The notes under the pieces were generated by a model. It searched no databases. It saw nothing but the letters and a program-made list of their open reading frames with translations, and was not told where the DNA came from. From Paragordius varius (lineage: Eukaryota; Animalia; Nematomorpha), in assembly GCA_964247055.1 (NCBI GenBank), contig OZ176060.1, forward strand, positions 1,804,263 to 1,868,262: a stretch of DNA of 64,000 nt, given 5' to 3'. Every line of letters starts with the position of its first letter. The stretch's first letter is position 1. This document shows, piece by piece, positions 39,901 through 52,738 of the stretch. Made by a program: the position numbers and the translations under genes.

Positions 39901-41158
39901 ATGAAAAAAATCAAGAATTTTAAAAGCAATACATTTTGCAAACGATAAGTATTAATGAAATAATTGTCATCGGAATTCAATTGTTATTATAAATTCTGTC
40001 AAAAAAATTTACCAATAAATTTACAAAATATATTTTTTGCTGTATTGTAGCAGATCCGCTTATATCATTTTATTTTTGTATCCGCGAAAACTAGTATACT
40101 CTTAAGACTTTTATATATCTGATTAAATTTTTTAACCATGAAATAAAATTTATTCTCTAACCAGGTTTATATCCTGGCATGTATAATATAAAATAAATAC
40201 CCCGCTTTATTGCTTTCTTTGTTTTAATCCTGTTATACTAATCATATAACATATATGTAGACAACCTGTTTTGAACAAAGCTTATCCAAATTATTGATAA
40301 ACGTTTATTATAAGATTAAAATATAATCAATCCCAATATAAAAAAAATATTTACATATATATTATAAACTTTAATGGGTTTAATTAAAAAAGGCTTATAA
40401 GAGTAGATATACTAGGATGTGTTTATTTATACATATATCATTCATACTTTAAGTGCAGAGGGTCCAATCCACGGCTTGGGCGCTCTACGCGGCCCTTTAA
40501 AATGTGCCCAATAAACACAAATAATGATAAAAAATATGCTCATAAAATCTTAATATTTTTGTAATAAGTCTTCCCATTTGGAATTAACTAGAAAAAATTG
40601 GTGAAATAAAGTTTTATACTGGAATTGCAATTTTTTACACTCTTAGAAGATATTTGATATATTAATCGTTTTACCAATACATTACATAGTCAACATTCTA
40701 AATTTTCAATCAATTAGTCATAAACTATTTGAAATAAAAGCCGATACTCATAGGTACTATGGTTACATTAACTGTATTAAGATACAGAAAAAATTGAAAT
40801 CAAAATAATATGGACAAACATTTTTTAAATAGACATATTTCCCTGATATTTTACCCAAACTCACAATTATATAATCACTACATTTAAAATTTATATCTAA
40901 TGAAATTTTTTAAAAAAAGACAACGATATTTTTCAAATTAATTTTATTTAATCCAGTGGCGAAACTACGGGGTGCTAGGAGCAGTGCCAGTGGCCAAAGG
41001 CAAAACAGGGGCCCTTTTTTATCCTTTCTATTTTGCGGGGGGGGGGGAATTTATTACCTTTTTTAATTTAAAGATATATAAATGATAATTGCCTGATTGT
41101 AAGTATACTAAAAAATAAAGAGATTTTTCTTGTTGAAAGGAAGAAAAAGCGTAAAAAT

Positions 41159-42276
41159 CAGTGGCGGAACTATAAATTATGGGCTACCGCAAGATTTAAA
41201 TTATCCCTCCTTCTTCTCGCCAAAGCAGTTATCTTTTCACCTGGCGCATCACTTAGATTCGTAGTGAAATATAAAATGATAATATTTACATGACTAGGCA
41301 TCCTGACTCTAGTTATGCGCGTCTGGTATTTATATATATAATAGTTAGTACCCACCCGTCCAACCTAACCACCGTCAATTCCTTAATCTTAACGTTTATT
41401 TTTAAAAGTTTAAATAATTTAATAATTTTTTAAAAGCATGTTTTATCAGAAAATCATGTTTAAAAATTTCGTTTTCTTGATTTTGTGTGAGTAAATTTTT
41501 TTAGCCATCGCGCTTACAATATATTTTTTATTAGTTTTAAGAAAGAACGTTTCTATCGGATATGTCTTCATTTCTGCTTCCATTAGAATTAACTAAAATG
41601 AGTGAAGTGGAATTTATCTATTCAGCTAAAAATTTAATAATAAATTATCCAGACGATTTAAGTGAATATTTTCCGATTCAAACAGTGTCAGTTTCTAATT
41701 CTCTTTGGATGAGATTGGTCAAATTAAAAATGCCAGAGCTATTAATTATTAAGTACCCAACAGTTTCAGCCAGTTGGATGAAATTATAACAGCATTATTA
41801 TTGTTGTTGACTTAAACAGTTACGGTTGTTACAGTGTTACATTCATTCAAGTTAAAAATAATTAAAAATTATATTGAAGGCACGATGGCTTAAAAAATGA
41901 TGAGCAATTTATCGTTCCTAACAAATGAAGCGGAGGTGGCCGATCAAATGAATAAAAAAGATATAATTAGAAAATTTGCTCACACAAAATCGAGAAAATT
42001 TTTAAATACATGCTCTTAATAAATTATTTAATTATTTTGAACTTTAAAAATGAACGTTAAGATTAGGAATTGGCTATGGTTAGTATGGGTACTGGTATCA
42101 TATATAAAAATACGAGGAAAACAAAAATATTAGACTCAGGATGCCAAGTCATGTAAATATAATATTTCTTTACGAATCTAAGTGATGCGCCAGATGAAAA
42201 GATAACTACAAAACATTTGGGGGGGGAGGCTAGTATATAATTGCGGCGGGAGGACAAATTAATAGTTCCGCCACTG
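41159..42276 (+). mobile_element. Non-autonomous hAT derivative with long (about 220 bp) imperfect inverted arms and a transposase C-terminal remnant; an extra hAT-like left end lies at 40954
   Basis: CAGTGGCGGAACTAT and ATAGTTCCGCCACTG form a perfect 15-bp TIR. About 41790-42000 translates, with frameshifts, TALLLLLT...KLKIIKNYI..TM...SNLSFLTNE...IIRKFAHTKSRK (hAT dimerisation domain). Confidence 0.8.
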
Positions 42277-42483
42277 AATTCATCGGTTATGTTTAAACGG
42301 GACAGGATGGAAATTGGTACACCTATGTATTATAAATTGTTATTATGCACTATGTGTGGGAAAAACGCTTTTAAAAGGGTATGGTTGTCTTTTAAAGAAA
42401 AACACGTCCCCTTTCAATGAAACCATTTTTCAGGAAAACGCCATCTTAATAACAAATATGAAGTAAAATTTGGAAATTCTCTT

Positions 42484-42663
42484 TTACCATCGCAATTAGT
42501 AGTGATAGTACTTGAAATGATAATTTTTAGTAGAATCTTTCCCACGTGTCATAGTTTGAGACTCGTTTTCACCTTGTTGTACACTCATCAGTCACACATA
42601 ATGTTCGTCTCATAAAGCCACCAATTGCTTGATAGAAAGTACAACTACTAATTGCGATCGTAA
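42484..42663. mobile_element. Small MITE, about 180 bp
   Basis: Perfect 15-bp inverted core atcgcaattagtagt / actactaattgcgat, extending imperfectly to about 27 bp. Confidence 0.55.
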
Positions 42664-44382
42664 GCTAAGAAAATAATCTCCAAACTATGTTACATATTTA
42701 ATAAGGATGGCAACCCCATCGTGGCTAATGGATATAATAAAGGAGATATGATAATTTTATCTCAATCGGCGCCTCTTGGATTTGTTCTCTGTTTGCACTT
42801 AACCAACTATATTGGGAATTCTTAGTATATTTATACAAAATTCTAATTGACAATACGCGTGATCATAATGTATGACGGATTTTCCAACAGGAACCGTCTT
42901 ATACTATCATACATGGTAAATATTGTTTATATTTTTAGGAAGTACTGCAATTTCTTATTGCGATGCTAGGCTAAGAAATTATTCTCCAAACACTGTATAT
43001 TTAATTGCTCTTTAAGCTTCTACGTTTTTGTATGATTCAATTTTTATTGTATAATTGAGTGTGTGACGATTTGCGTCTTATTATTTTAACATCTATAATA
43101 ATGATATAAAAAAGTAATAAAAGTATGGCTGCCTTTTTAAAAAAAATCATCAGTTAGTTCTAAATATTGTTCTACAATATTCTCTTCTTAAGAGATTATG
43201 TCATTATTTTCTGGCATGTCTGTATTTTTTTGGGTTTTTCTTTAAAGGAAGGCTCATTTCCAACTTATAAAGCTGGCCCAGTAATTATAGATAAAGTAGA
43301 CTCTGGGGGGACGGTGAACCAAACAAGGATTTACTAAGATAATCTGATAATGTTAAGCCATGTACAGTTAATATTTTTGACATTAAATCGGTAATTTATT
43401 ATTTAATAATTTTTCTAATAAATTATGTATAATTTGTTTGCGAACGTTGCGTATGTGTATAAATAGAATTTTTATATGAACTTTGTACTAAGCATCCTAT
43501 TAATAGAATTATTGAATAACATATAACTACTGCATAATTACATAAATTATTTTTTAATCATGTATATGTTATCAAAATTATTATTCATAAATATTCTGTG
43601 CCAAATTAATATTGGAGGTTAAAATTGATTTATTCAACATTAAAATTTAGTTATAGGGACAAAATATATATTAAAAACAAATTTTTTTCATTATATTAAA
43701 AAGACAATCATAATAACTTAACTATTAAATTTATAATATATATTATATTTAAACAACTTTCTGAGTTCATTTCGTAATTAAAAAGAAAATAAAAAAATAT
43801 TGTGTTAAAAATCATGGTTGTCTATTTTAAAAAATAATTATTGTGTTTTATTTATATTACAGTTAAAATTATATGGACAAAGGTAAAAATATAAAAAAAT
43901 ATTTTTTATAAATACAACAAAAAATATAAATTATATGATTTTGTATGAATTTTCGATTTCTACAAGTAATCCTAAAATTATTATATAAACTAAAATCTAA
44001 ATTCTATATTAATAACAATCAATAAATATTTTTTTATGATACTATTATAATATTTATAAGCTTCAATAAGTTTTTGGACAATTTATTTTTAAAGAAATGA
44101 CATCTAAATCTCTAAATGTAGTTCTCAAAAATCATGGAAATTACTTATGAATTATATTGCTTAATGTTATTTATGCCAACAATGGCGTATGTATACGGAA
44201 TAGCACTAACTAGGGAATAAAATTGAATAAATAAATTTATTTGCAGATAATACACAGAATGAGACATCAGCTTTTAGAACTTGTTGCTTAAAATATGAGA
44301 AATAAAGGAATTACCAACAATTACTACATATTATTTTTAATGAACCTTTAAAAATATTATAAATTGAGAATTGAAAAATTAG

Positions 44383-45153
44383 TTCATATTTCTCATTTTG
44401 ATTTGCAAGGTATTCAAAAACGGCTTTAAAACGGCTATGTAGCAAAATGTTTTAGTAATTTAAATACATATATTTAACATTCGAAATGTAAATGGACCGA
44501 TATATAAAACTTTTTTTGTTTGTCATATAAATAATAACCGAATGTGGAATATAATCATAATAATAATAAATAAAATAGAAAACTTGCAAAAAAATACAAT
44601 CGATTGCAATAATAATATTTTACAAATATTGATAACTTCTACTAAACGTAATAACTAGCCATGTTTATTTTACCTTATATTTAAGAACTTTAATTACAAA
44701 ATATTATATAGGCCTATCAATTACACAAGAAGAAAAACAGACACAAGGTTCACAAAATAACGATATATTTCAATTTAGTTATTTGGAATGTTCTTTCCAA
44801 AAGATTTAATTTATTGGAAACGCCCGATGATTACCATGTCCTAATAGGTAAACATTAATTTTTAATTTCGTGAAAATTTTAATTCTACGGATAAAATAAA
44901 AAATATAAAATTAAAGACAACCATATCTTAAAAATCTTTTTATTACAATAGTATAATAATTGATTGTAGTACCAATATCTATCTTTATTTTATAATTTTA
45001 ATGAGTTATATTCGAAAAAATCAAGATTTACAAAGTATGGTTGTCTTTTATAAATATTTCATTTTTTTTCTGTTTTGACCGTATAACTTCATTTTTACTG
45101 TAATTAAGGAAAATATAATATATCATATTTTATGAAAACAAACAGAAAATCCG
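44383..45153 (+). CDS. Candidate short-exon gene fragment; symmetric phase-1 exons 44383-44409 (27 nt), 44712-44747 (36), 44779-44847 (69), 45109-45153 (45)
   Basis: Each is AG...G|GT bounded, a multiple of 3 and open in phase 1: VHISHFDLQ / GLSITQEEKQTQ / VIWNVLSKRFNLLETPDDYHVLI / GKYNISYFMKTNRKS. Start and end are uncertain. Confidence 0.4.
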
Positions 45154-46149
45154 GTATGTGTTTTTGACTTATGTTAACTATTTACCATATATTTTAAAAG
45201 TATTTAAGTAAAATGTAAAATTTAGCCCCATCCATGCACATAAAATACAGGAAAAATTTAATTAGGCTAATAAAAAAGATAAAAAAGAAATATTCCAATA
45301 ACATAAATGTTTTTTATCGTAAATCTATAATGTTTTATAACATCTTTATTCCCTATTTTTCAACATCAAAATTTCATAAAGGCAGTTTAAAAAGTATAGC
45401 TGTCTTTTTTTCAAAAACATTTATCTTTAGTTTTTTACCTTTAGTTTTATTAAATTTTGTGTAGTAAATATATTTAAGCTTTTACCGCGTGCTTAATTTA
45501 GGGGCGACCTAATAATATAGTATACGACGTACACAAATAAGTTTAACGATAATATATTCCAAATAGAGCATCATCATTCTTAAAAAGCTAAAAAAAGATA
45601 TCTTGAATATATGAAACAACAACCAGGGAAAGACCCTACACAGTTTACTATATAATAAGTAATATTAATATTAAATATTATAAATCAAATTTTCGCTTTT
45701 AATAAATTTATCCAGGATTTTATTAGTAATCAGAACATTCACATATATTATATGATTTGTCAATTGGATGGGATAAACAGTTAATAAAAATTTTATTTTT
45801 TTCGAATTATCAATTTAGAAAATAAACCATTTGGTTTGATTTAGGCATTTTAAGCAAAAATTTGATTAAAAACGAAAAATATATTAATAAATAGCTATCT
45901 TACTTGGGAAGGTATTAACGTTTTTTGAACGGAAATCCCTATTTTTAGCCATTTTCGGAAAAAACGCAAATATATATTGTGAGATCGGTGACACCGTTTT
46001 GTACTGAAATATGAAATTTACTATACAAAGTAAAAAAAACTAAAAACTAACGTACAATTAATATTTAAATTGCTATAAAAGACTAGATTTTTTTCATATA
46101 TTTCTAAAATATCATGCGTTAATATTAAACAAATATAATCCTTATTTCA

Positions 46150-47560
46150 CAACAGGCAACGATATGTATTTGAGAAACGATAAATTAAGATTTGTTAAAC
46201 AATAGGCATGTTTGCAAGGAACAGCGATCCAGAAAGTGTTTGATCTCAGACTAAAACAATTAGGAAGCGGTATTTAAGGTGTCTGGAATGAAAGGTGCTA
46301 AAAATTAGGTGTATAGAGAAGCATAGCTGAAAGACGCAATTATTTTGAAGCGAGGAGTAAAGCTTTAAAAATGTGGAGGTATACCCACCATGCAAAAAAG
46401 GACAAATATAAAAGAATTATTAAGAAACTTAGAGAGCGAGAATAGTCAAAAAAAACTGTATGACATATAAACAGTAGGGATTGTCTAAAAAAAACTATTG
46501 CTCGATACCACAGAAAGACCTGGACTTGTCTTCTTTTGTGACCGTTGTTAAAGAAACGTTAAATTTTTTGTTAAGGAAGTGATTTTGAAGAGATGAAATG
46601 TTTCCAGAACCTAGAATTGGTTGTCAAAGAAAATTTACGCTAGACTCTTAATCTGCGCATATTGAAAGAACTACCGAGGAGGTCAATGCCGTTTGAAAGA
46701 GATGTATAAAGCTGCTGGTTTGAATGATATTAAACTGTTAGAAATAGAGAAAGGTATTGAATTTTTAACGAATATTTTAATATAGTAGTTACTACAAGTA
46801 TACCAAACTTATGGAAGGAGAGTTTCACTGTTTCCAATTCAAGGTTAAGCACATATAAATGATTATAACCACTACAAAGAAATAAGATTGATGTCGCATA
46901 CAATGAAGTTATTTGAGAAAATATTTGCGAAGGAATAAGAAAAATGGTTATTATAGAGGGTAATCAAATTGGTTTTAGGTTCATCATCAATCCGATTTAC
47001 GCATTAAGTGGGCTAATAAAAAAACAATTGAAAAAGATGCATGTTTTTTAATCGACATTAAAAAGGCGTTTGACAGAAAACCACGGAATAATATGGTGAA
47101 GTTTAAGACGAAAAAACGTTCCTGAAAGTTACATGAAAATACTTAAAAGTATGTACTACTCTCACCACACCAAAGTTAACATAAAAAAGTGTCAGATCTT
47201 ATCGAAATAAATTGAGGCATCGATCAGGATCAGATATCACGTTGCGATTTATAATACCAATGAAAACTTAAAAGAAGAGGCAAATTGCGGCTTGTATTTT
47301 CTTTATGACGACCTTATAGAGCTGTCAGACGAGTTGCATGAATTGAATGAATTGGTGTAATGAATTGATGTGTTACGATTGTGCTGTCTCAAAATTAATA
47401 AAAAGCGGAATTATTGGGAGAAAACGAGAAATGGAATTAAAAAAAGGTTGGGTATTAATAGATCAGGTAGGAATGCAAATATTTAGGAGCGATATTAGCC
47501 GCAGATAATAATTTAACGCATATTATAAATTTAAGAAATCGAAATAATTGGGCAATTATA
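46150..47560 (+). mobile_element. Degraded RTE-like LINE, same family as 59100-60517
   Basis: atgtcgcatacaatgaagttatttgagaaaatattt, gaggtaatcaa-like block, aaggcgtttgacag and aaaaaacgttcctgaaagtta match the RT region of the 59-kb copy. Many stops. Confidence 0.8.
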
Positions 47561-48409
47561 TGCATATCTTAAATTTTCTGTACGATAAAAATATTGTTCT
47601 AAAAGTCATGGAATATTATTCATTGATTTAAAAAATTCATAATTTACACATTTTATACAATCAACAATGCCCTCAAAAGGGATGTTCTAAGCACCGCCAT
47701 TTTTTAAGTATAAATTACATTTCGATTGTGAACATTTATTATTATTTTTTTTATTATTTATATACTAAAAATAGCATTACAAAGCATCGCAGGGTAATTC
47801 AGTAGTCGTATATATACCATTTAAAGTTTAAATTCATCCTTACCTTCAATAAAAAATTAAATTAGAGACTCTAAACTGTATTTTATTAACAATTCCTATT
47901 TCACCTTAAAATAAATTAAATGATCTTAGATTTAAAATACCTGTGTTTTTTTATTTTTTTTTAAAAAAATTTCTATGTAAAATAATACTCAAAAAATAAT
48001 ACTTTCTCATATAAATATATTAATTTCATTAAGAAATTATATTAGACTGAAATTTTTTTTAGAGTGAACTTGAATTGTTTAGGATGAATTTGAATCGTAA
48101 ATGGTATATTTAATCTATAAAGCGCAGTTAATGTTTTTTATTCACAATCAAATACATTCATTCAAAGACAAGAAAAAATAAAAATATTGGATTTTTTTCT
48201 TTTAAGATTTAAAAAAATGTAAAAATTTTAAATGCAAATGGAGTGTAAATTTAGCTTGCTTAAAAAATATTGGCAATAATTGTTTAAATTAATCGAAAAA
48301 TATTTGGGTAAAAATGTTATGTTAAATATAATATTTTTAAAATACCAATTATAAAGAATGTAACTACAAATTAATTTTAATAATAAATTACGATTTCCTG
48401 TTTTAGCAG

Positions 48410-51400
48410 TGGTTTCCATGAAATACTTTCTCTCAGAAATATCGAAAAACTCATTTTTCTTCCGAACTTTTGTTGATATAAATAAAAATGTTTCAATACC
48501 GGAACAACATGCCTTTTCCTCACAACTCAAAAAACAAAAAAATAAACTAAAGTTTGATCATCGCAAAGTTTATATTCCAGAACAACGAAATAGCCCAAGA
48601 AAGAGTGGTAGCTCTATTGTTGGAACCGCATTAATTGGGGGTAAAAAATTAATTATTAGGCAATATAATGGGATTAATTGAAATTATATATATAATGTAG
48701 GAGCGGCGACAGGTGAATTTTTTTCTATTTTATATTTTTATAATATTTTATTGATAAAATTATTTACAACAGGTGTGATTGGCGGTATGATATATTTTTA
48801 TATATATTAGTTTTTTTTAGATGTTTTGTTATGTATCTAGATTTATATTTTTGTCAATGTCTTTTTGTAAGAAAAAAGAGGATGTCAGCGCAACGCATAA
48901 AATATTTTTGAAGTTTATAAAATTTTGCTTATGTTTCACTACATTATAAGTCCTAATACTATATTTTGAATAATACAATAACTAAAATAGTTTATAATAT
49001 ATAAGACGTTCAAGGATATTAAACTTTAATCCTCTAAAATATTAAAAACCCAATAAAAATTTATGAACTGACCTCATAGTTTCTCTATTAAAGTAACCCT
49101 TTTGTCTCTCATTAAAATAAATAGCACCAAATCAAATAACATTTCCAAGTTTGATAAAGAGTTAATCCGTCCCACACCTTTAGTTTTAATTTAAGTTCAA
49201 TAATTCCTATGAAATCATACACGCAAATACAAATATTTTTTTAAAAGACAACCATATTTTAAATAGAACCTATCATTTTGGACTAAAAAATATGTAAAAA
49301 GGTATACCATTTGCACTTTAAGATCCCTAAACACTTTAAGTTGGGACTTTTTGTTTTGTTTTTTAATTTATATCAAAACGTGTTTTCATTTATTTTATTA
49401 TTTTGATCCCATTCTCTGATTTATCAACATTTTTAAATCACTATTGATCATTAAAAAACTGTATATCACATTAAATATATATTAATGAGATTTCAACATA
49501 ATTGATACAAGGTTATTATTTATAATTTTTTTTGAAAATTTATACTTGAATAATATTATAGAAATGAAATAAAATGGATAGAAACAAAAATTGTTTTTTA
49601 ATTAAAAAATTAATTTTAAATTAATAAATATAATATGATAATTAAAGAAAATTAGGTTAAAAAATAATAAAATAAAAAATACTTTTAAAATTATGGTTAA
49701 ATCTTAATTAAAAATTTAAGGACATGTTCATGGACCAACTTGAAGTGTTACAGATCCAACTTGAAGTGTATGGTATATACTTAAGAGTTTTAAACCAGGT
49801 ATGAAAAGTGTGGGTATCCTTTAGAAAAAACTATTCGTTTCAAATTCATTTATTTTTACTGTAAATATTTTGCCAAAATAATTTAGCTGTTGTTGGGGGT
49901 GGAGCCTCGGAAACACCCGAAGTGGCAGCTGTCGTACAAGGAGTCAATGATATGGAGTTGGGTGAAAATGTAGCACAAAATCTCGCAAACAACGAAAACC
50001 CAACTGATGAAGAAAACAACATTGAAGAACGACAAGAAAATCCAGAAAGAAACTCAAGATCATCTGAACATCAAACTAATCAACCTTCTCAGTCGACTTC
50101 AAATTCCAGTAGTTACATATTAAACTTAAATAAAATTGAAATATACGGACATACCGTAAAAAGGCAATTATTTTTTTTCAAAAATATATATAATTGATTG
50201 TAAAAACGCTATATTTAAATTTTAAGCAAGATAAGTATTTTGAATTTTTTTTAAAAGAAAAGAGTTATCTTTTGAAAAAAATAGTTGTCTTTTTTATCTG
50301 CGTTTTGTCCGTAAAATTTCATTTACTGTATATTTAGTTTATATTTTCTTTCCAGATTATGAGATTTTATTATTGGTTGCATATCTATCAATAATATTGT
50401 TATTTAATTAAGGAAATTCACCAGAGGAGAATGCTAGATTAGACACAGAAGATATCGGTAATTTTAAAAAAAATGCTATACGAATGAAAATACTGTAAAA
50501 CATAAAATTATAATGACAAAATGTAAAAATAAAAAAAATATTTTTGTCGTAAAGACACCCATATTTTTTTAACCTTAACTTTTCTCATATAAACTTTAGT
50601 TTTATATGTAAAATATAGAATTGATTAGTCTTCTCACTTTGTCATTTAATAAATGAGTTTTATTGAATAAATCATGTGAAAAAAGTATGGTTGTCTTTTA
50701 AAACATATTTGTCTTTATACGTTTTGTCCGTATAATATAATTATTACTATAAAAAAAATAATAACCTTGCATTATATAGCTGATAGACCTGAACACACAT
50801 CAGAAGAAATCGAAAATGGTAAAAATATAAATCGAAATTAATATAATTCTCAATTAAATTTTAGTTATACAATTTTTATAACAAAATAGCCCGAGAAATC
50901 GTGGATCGATACGGTAGAACAAAACAAATTAAATTAAAGTTTATCATTTGAATTAATATATTTTTATATCAATTTGTATAATGATAGGAATGTATCATTT
51001 AAAAGCAGGTTGTAATTTTTATAAATAATATTCAAATACTATAAGATACTATGATAATTTCTTATATGTTTAGCTCTGTACAATATAGAAACTGGTAAAT
51101 CAACTGAATACACAATTCAATTCATTTATTCTAAACTTCATATACACTTAGGGGCAGAGAATGTGATGTATGAAGCCGAAAATATAGTTACAAGTTAATT
51201 TTTATAAATTACTAATAATTTATCTTGAAATCAAAATTATACAGGCTAATCGCCTAAAACAAATAATTGGGCTCGCAAAATATGGAATATAGATGTATAT
51301 TGGTGAAAGATAACTATCATCGTTTAAAAAAATACCATATTTTTAAAATTCTTTTAATTTTACGTTTGATATGTTTATTCTAATGTATAATTGAAGACAC

Positions 51401-51417
51401 CAGGTTTCTTGGAAGAG
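48410..51417 (+). CDS. Micro-exon gene, segment A; exons 48581(or 48410)-48640, 48701-48712, 48773-48784, 49887-50108, 50413-50457, 50780-50818, 50890-50913, 50988-51008, 51074-51094, 51152-51193 (or -51186 joined to terminal exon 51245-51292), 51397-51417
   Basis: Sizes 60, 12, 12, 222, 45, 39, 24, 21, 21, 42 and 21 nt are all multiples of 3, all phase 1 and GT-AG, and the short introns are mostly 57-74 nt. Peptide: QRNSPRKSGSSIVGTALIG-GAAT-GVIG-AVVGGGASETPEV..(N/E/S-rich)..-RNSPEENARLDTEDI-ADRPEHTSEEIEN-AREIVDRY-GMYHLKA-ALYNIET-GAENVMYEAENIVT-NTRFLGR. Confidence 0.7.
49307..49773. mobile_element. Foldback MITE, close relative of 17701-18493 with fewer 21-bp modules, inside an intron
   Basis: tata|ccattt...gtatgg|tata. 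Internal sequence aaagaaaattaggttaa...attatggttaaatc...aatttaaggac matches 18220-18305. Confidence 0.75.
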
Positions 51418-52009
51418 GTATGGAAAATATTTATACATAAATAAGGTATAATATTTGCGGAAATATTTAACAGATTTAATTTTATTAAATATTTTCATAA
51501 CATAATTATTTTTTAAAGCACAAATCTAATCGCTAAGCCATGTAAAACTCATATTATTTAAAAGACATATATCTGACCAATTTTTAGAGTGTGTTTTCTG
51601 CTAAAATTTATTTGATAACAATAATGAAAAAAAGAGTTTATTATATTTTATAGTAAAATTATGAAAATTGCACAGATATATTATTCATATGTTAAAAGTC
51701 AATGAAGGATAAAAATACATTTTAAAGTAACATTTTTTTAAATAATAGGCGCTTTCGGCTAAAACCTATAATTAACATTATATGTAAATTGGTAGTGATC
51801 ATTATAAAATCAAAAAAGGCTATTTTTCGAAATGGCAACATACATCAATATTTAGAGAAATTATAGGTTTACTAGAAAAACAATAATGATTCAAATCACG
51901 GTGTCCACACAATTCTCGAGCCGCATACTAAACTAAATTAATTTTGAGAATACATATACAACAGATGTATCTCTCTTTGATTTATAAGTACATAGGGGTC
52001 TCTTATTAA

Positions 52010-52574
52010 CACTTGGATACAACAGACTCATTTTAGTCCTTCGATTCAAATTGGGGTAGTTGAATACCCCAGGCCTGTGTTAAATTAAATACTTTAAAAA
52101 ATATGGAAATCGAAACCATGGCAAAATTTTGCACTTATATAACATTAATAAACCGAAATATATAAAAAATTTTATTCATAAATACTTGATATTATTCATT
52201 TTGAGCTAAAACTGAAAGGTAAAAATTTAGTCAACGTGACATGTGTGCGAAGGTAAAATTAAAAAATAATACAAAATAAATTCCATTTTTATCAATGTTA
52301 GATGTAATTTATATAAAAAATAAGCTTTAGTTTTACCTTTAAATTTAAATAAGGACGATTTTTGCAAAATTTTTGTAAAAAAATGGCGTCGAAGTAGTTT
52401 GAGGTGGAACTTTTTTTCAAAACAAAATTTTATCACGATATTTTGGCATATTTTTAATATTTATCAGGATAGAAGCATAAATTTAAATTGGGACCGATTC
52501 CTTTAGTAGTTTTTTAAAAAATTTAATTTAAATTTAGTCTGGGGTATTTAGATACCCCAATTTAAAACATAGTG
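52010..52574 (+). mobile_element. Complete piggyBac-like MITE, 565 bp
   Basis: TTAA on both sides (52006-52009 and 52575-52578) and CAC...GTG ends. Subterminal inverted blocks aaattggggtagttgaataccccag and ctggggtatttagataccccaattt. Confidence 0.8.
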
Positions 52575-52738
52575 TTAATGCCACTCGTGCTCTAAGTGGC
52601 GAAAATGGCGTTCGGTATCTTATCATATATGTTTTTGAAATTACGAACTGATTAATTATAGAATTTTCTCATATATCTCTTGTGTTAAATCAATATTTTA
52701 ATTTTAAATTTGCTAATTGTTTAAATTATATTTTTTAG

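Noticed and set aside
50356-50375. AG...GT unit between exons of segment A
   Set aside because: At 20 nt it breaks the frame, so it was treated as intronic. It also shows that some AG/GT units arise by chance.
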